NCBI RefSeq assembly: GCF_009914755.1
Contig: NC_060925.1
Length of the DNA stretch: 64,000 nt
Reading direction: 5' to 3' (one strand)
From: the human T2T-CHM13v2.0 reference genome, Homo sapiens
Part shown: positions 60,831 to 64,000 of the stretch, piece by piece
How positions within the stretch are numbered: the first letter of the stretch is position 1
Layout: each line of letters opens with the position of its first letter
The notes under the pieces: generated by a model
Databases searched by the model: none
What the model saw: only the letters and a program-made list of their open reading frames with translations
Told to the model about the DNA's origin: nothing
Position numbers and translations under genes: made by a program

Positions 60831-61689
60831 CATATTACTTGGTATCACTTAAACTGGCAGTGAATTAAACAGAATTAACTATAGATTGTATTAAATGTAT
60901 TTTAAGTTTATGGAAATGTATGATCTTTGTATGTTACTTCTTTTCATCTAAATTAGAGTTAGCCAGGATGCCCCATTCTCCCCAAATTATGTAGAAGTGA
61001 GAAATTTTCAAATAAAATGTTTCTATCACATGTACATAAATGAATACATATGCAATTACCCTTTATAAAAATTCAGTTCACTTTTTAATTATACAACTAA
61101 TTTATGAACATATGCTCATGAGGAATTCAAAAATGCAAAATGAAACTCACTTTTTATTCTTTTCCTAATCCTTTTCTTTCCTCTCTGGTAAACAGGTCTA
61201 TTGATTTGCCAAGTTCCCTTCTGAGCTTCTAAAATATATTTACGTATTTTGTATTTAGTTTTCTTTTTTCATATGAATACAGTATGAGTTGTTTTGAAAC
61301 TTATTATTTTGTTTTAAAATTCTTTCCATATCAGTGTATGTGTATGTATATGTTTGTATATGAATGTGTACTCACATTGTGTAGTGCCCCATTGCATGGA
61401 TGTGCCGCCATTTATTTAAGAATCTTCTTATTAACAAGTGAACAGTAAGGTTATTTAAGAATCTTCTTATTAATAAGTGAACATTAAGATTAAGGTTGCT
61501 CTCACTTATTTTCCTTATTGTAAGTCACACTTCAGTGGACATCCTTGCATATGCCCTCTTGTGCACAAGTGCCATTTGCTTTTGATTAGGAAGCTCTTCC
61601 CATTTCTGCGTTCCTTTTCATTTTCAGTTCACAAGCAATACCTCATAGCCTGCATCAGTGTTCAGCTTTTCCTTTTCAGTATGTGGCCA

Positions 61690-61850
61690 ATAAAGCACGG
61701 GATCAAGTCAAGATATTTGGATTCTAGACCTGGCTCTGCCATTGACTTGCTCTATGATCTTGGACCCTTTTCTCCTTTGTTTCATAAAGGTGTTAAGTGG
61801 GATGACTTTTAGGGTTTCTTACAGTTCTGACAGTCTCTTATTCTAATTAG
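61690..61850 (+). mobile_element. MIR fragment
   Basis: ggattctagacctggctctgccattgacttgctctatgatcttgg. Confidence 0.6.
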
Positions 61851-62934
61851 GCTTGTGGGTGTGACAACATCGATTGTTATGTCATATTCAGCTAGTAGCA
61901 AGAATCGGTTGATCTTGTTAAGTAAATCATAAAAGCGTACAGTGCTGATGAATAAAGGGACTTTATGCTTTACTCTAAATGAGTCTTTGCATTACTCCTA
62001 ACTGATGTTTGAATGCCATTTTTGGATGAAAAAATAACAGTGTGGTAGTAGTACCTTTTTTCTCTTGGATAATTCTCAACAGTTTATAGAAAACTGTTAC
62101 ACACACCAGCTCATTTTAAAGTATTGTCTCTTTCTCACAAATCCTGAGTAATTAAAGGAATTGCTCAAGATCATCAAGATCATTCAACTAATAAGTTTCA
62201 GGGTCCAGACTTTAACTTCACATCTTTTGATTTCTAAGTTCACTGTTCTCTTAAAGAGAAAAAAGTATTTTTTTCATACTCAAAATAGCTATTCAATATA
62301 TGCTACATTTCTTTTTTGAACATTTATAAAGTACGTAGTATTTACAAGGTGCTCTTTAAATGTTAGTCCCGCCATTCCCAGCCTTTCTCTCATGCTTCCT
62401 AGTTTATTTTGTATAGAAGCTGGCACTTTGTTCAGTTTTAACAGTTCTAGACACCAAGATGACCAACACTTTTGAGTCAGCATCTCGTAAGCATTTAGGA
62501 AATGCATCACACAAGTAGTTGTGGTTTTTGTTATCCTTAAAATCACTTGACAGAGACCATAAACATTGAGCTCTGGTGCATGAAAAATGGGTTAGAGGCC
62601 AAGCTTAGCTTGTCTGCAGGGTATCTGTTTCATCTTCATGATAGAGCCCAAGTGTGCCAGTGATGTTTCATGGAAATACTTAATATGAAGAATGGCTTTG
62701 TTTTTGTTGGGAATCTTTTAAAGAATGCTCATCAAAGTGCGGATTTTTTTTATTTTCAAATATTTTCTTCCTAACTTACCAGTGCTGAACTGAAGTTACT
62801 ACTTGCAGAATAGCCTTTCACAGAAAGACAGTATGATACAATCCAATGTGACTTTTGAGGTTAAAATGTGCTACTTACAGCACTTTTTTGCTTAAAAATT
62901 TGGTTACTACCATAAAGCTGAAAGTATGCTTTCT

Positions 62935-63180
62935 TCATGGTGCAATCTTGCCTCACAGCAGCACTGACCTCCTGGGCTCAAGCAATCCTCCCTTCTCAGC
63001 CTCCTGAGTAGCTGGGACTACAGGTGCATGCCACCACCCCAGCTAATTTTTTTATTTTTTATAGAGATAGGGGCTCACTATCACGCCCAGGCCAGTCTTG
63101 AACTCCTGGGCTCAAGCGATCCTCCCAGCTGGGCCTCCCAAAGTACTGACATTTGCAGGCGTGAGTTACCGCACCCACCT
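62935..63180 (-). mobile_element. Alu (AluJ-like), missing its tail end
   Basis: cctcctgggctcaagcaatcctccc...aactcctgggctcaagcgatcctccc. Confidence 0.88.
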
Positions 63181-64000
63181 GAGACTGTCCCTTTGTAAGT
63201 TGTGGTGTTAATTCTGCAGTTATGTCTAGAATAGAATTCTCTAGACTGATGGGAAAGTTTTTGTATTTCAGTATTCTTATTTGCTTTACAAGCTCCCCTT
63301 CTCCTTCCAAAAATTATTAAAAGAGAAAAAAGGTGAGCAAAACAAAGAAACAGACAATTTGGAGCTTTTCCACATTTTTTCTGTTTCTTAACTTTACCCC
63401 TTTCACACTCCTTTTTTTCTATTACCTTTTTTAAAAATTTCCCTTGCCTCTGTACCCCTATTATCTTGATTACTCCGCTTGGTACCTCCCACTCTCCCTC
63501 CTTCTGAGAACTTTACAGTCTCATTAGTTGTCCTCTTGACTGATACATGTACACATACCGCAGTTCACTGGTCATCAGAGTACTGTAGCCAAGGTTCTCA
63601 ACTGCTGTTCCAGTTCTCAAGTGTGAAGTGCCAAGGGCAATTTGTTACTAATTATGAGAACCCCAGTTTGTACATGCTTTGCTTTTTTAAAAAACAGATA
63701 TGAGCTTAGCCCTCAAATAATGTCACTGTCACTCACTTGCATACAGAAATGCTTTCTTGAGTGGGAGAGAAAGAATGACACTGCAGCTGGTGGACTGTCT
63801 GAGGACCCAAGCTTATCTACACCACAGCCTGCGGGAGTGTGTGGTGGGACGCGCAAATGTCATCTTTCCTTGGGCCTTTTCCCAGCAGAAAAAAACGCTA
63901 AAAACCTAATCAAAGAACAGAAAAATGTTCCCACTGAAGATTATTGCTGCTTATTTGGGTTTGTTTTTATTAAAAAGTGAATGCTGGAAAAAGATAGTTT

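Overview
Primate (very probably human) genomic DNA, AT-rich and Alu-dense, lying inside DISP1 (Dispatched RND transporter family member 1, the Hedgehog-ligand release factor) on the + strand. I can support one 141-nt non-coding 5'UTR exon (16174-16314) and the 526-nt first coding exon (30651-31176; ATG at 30668, N-terminal 170 aa). No further DISP1 coding exon was recognised in the window. The rest is intron: a heavily deleted HERV-K(HML-6)/LTR3-like provirus with both LTRs, PBS, PPT and a 6-bp TSD (4585-7380), a 5'-truncated sense L1PA with nested Alus (47596-51758), more than 20 Alu/FLAM copies, a MaLR solo LTR, Tigger/MER DNA transposon fossils, MIR/L2 and a ~670-bp palindromic AT-rich array. 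I see no evidence for a wholly new gene system. The best leads are a 10-bp-periodic array made from the PBS 3' half, a candidate L1 3' transduction, predicted truncated or circular DISP1 N-terminal products, and a Cys/His repeat in the DISP1 N-terminus. Gene and repeat family names come from recall of consensus sequences, not from database searches, and repeat boundaries are approximate.
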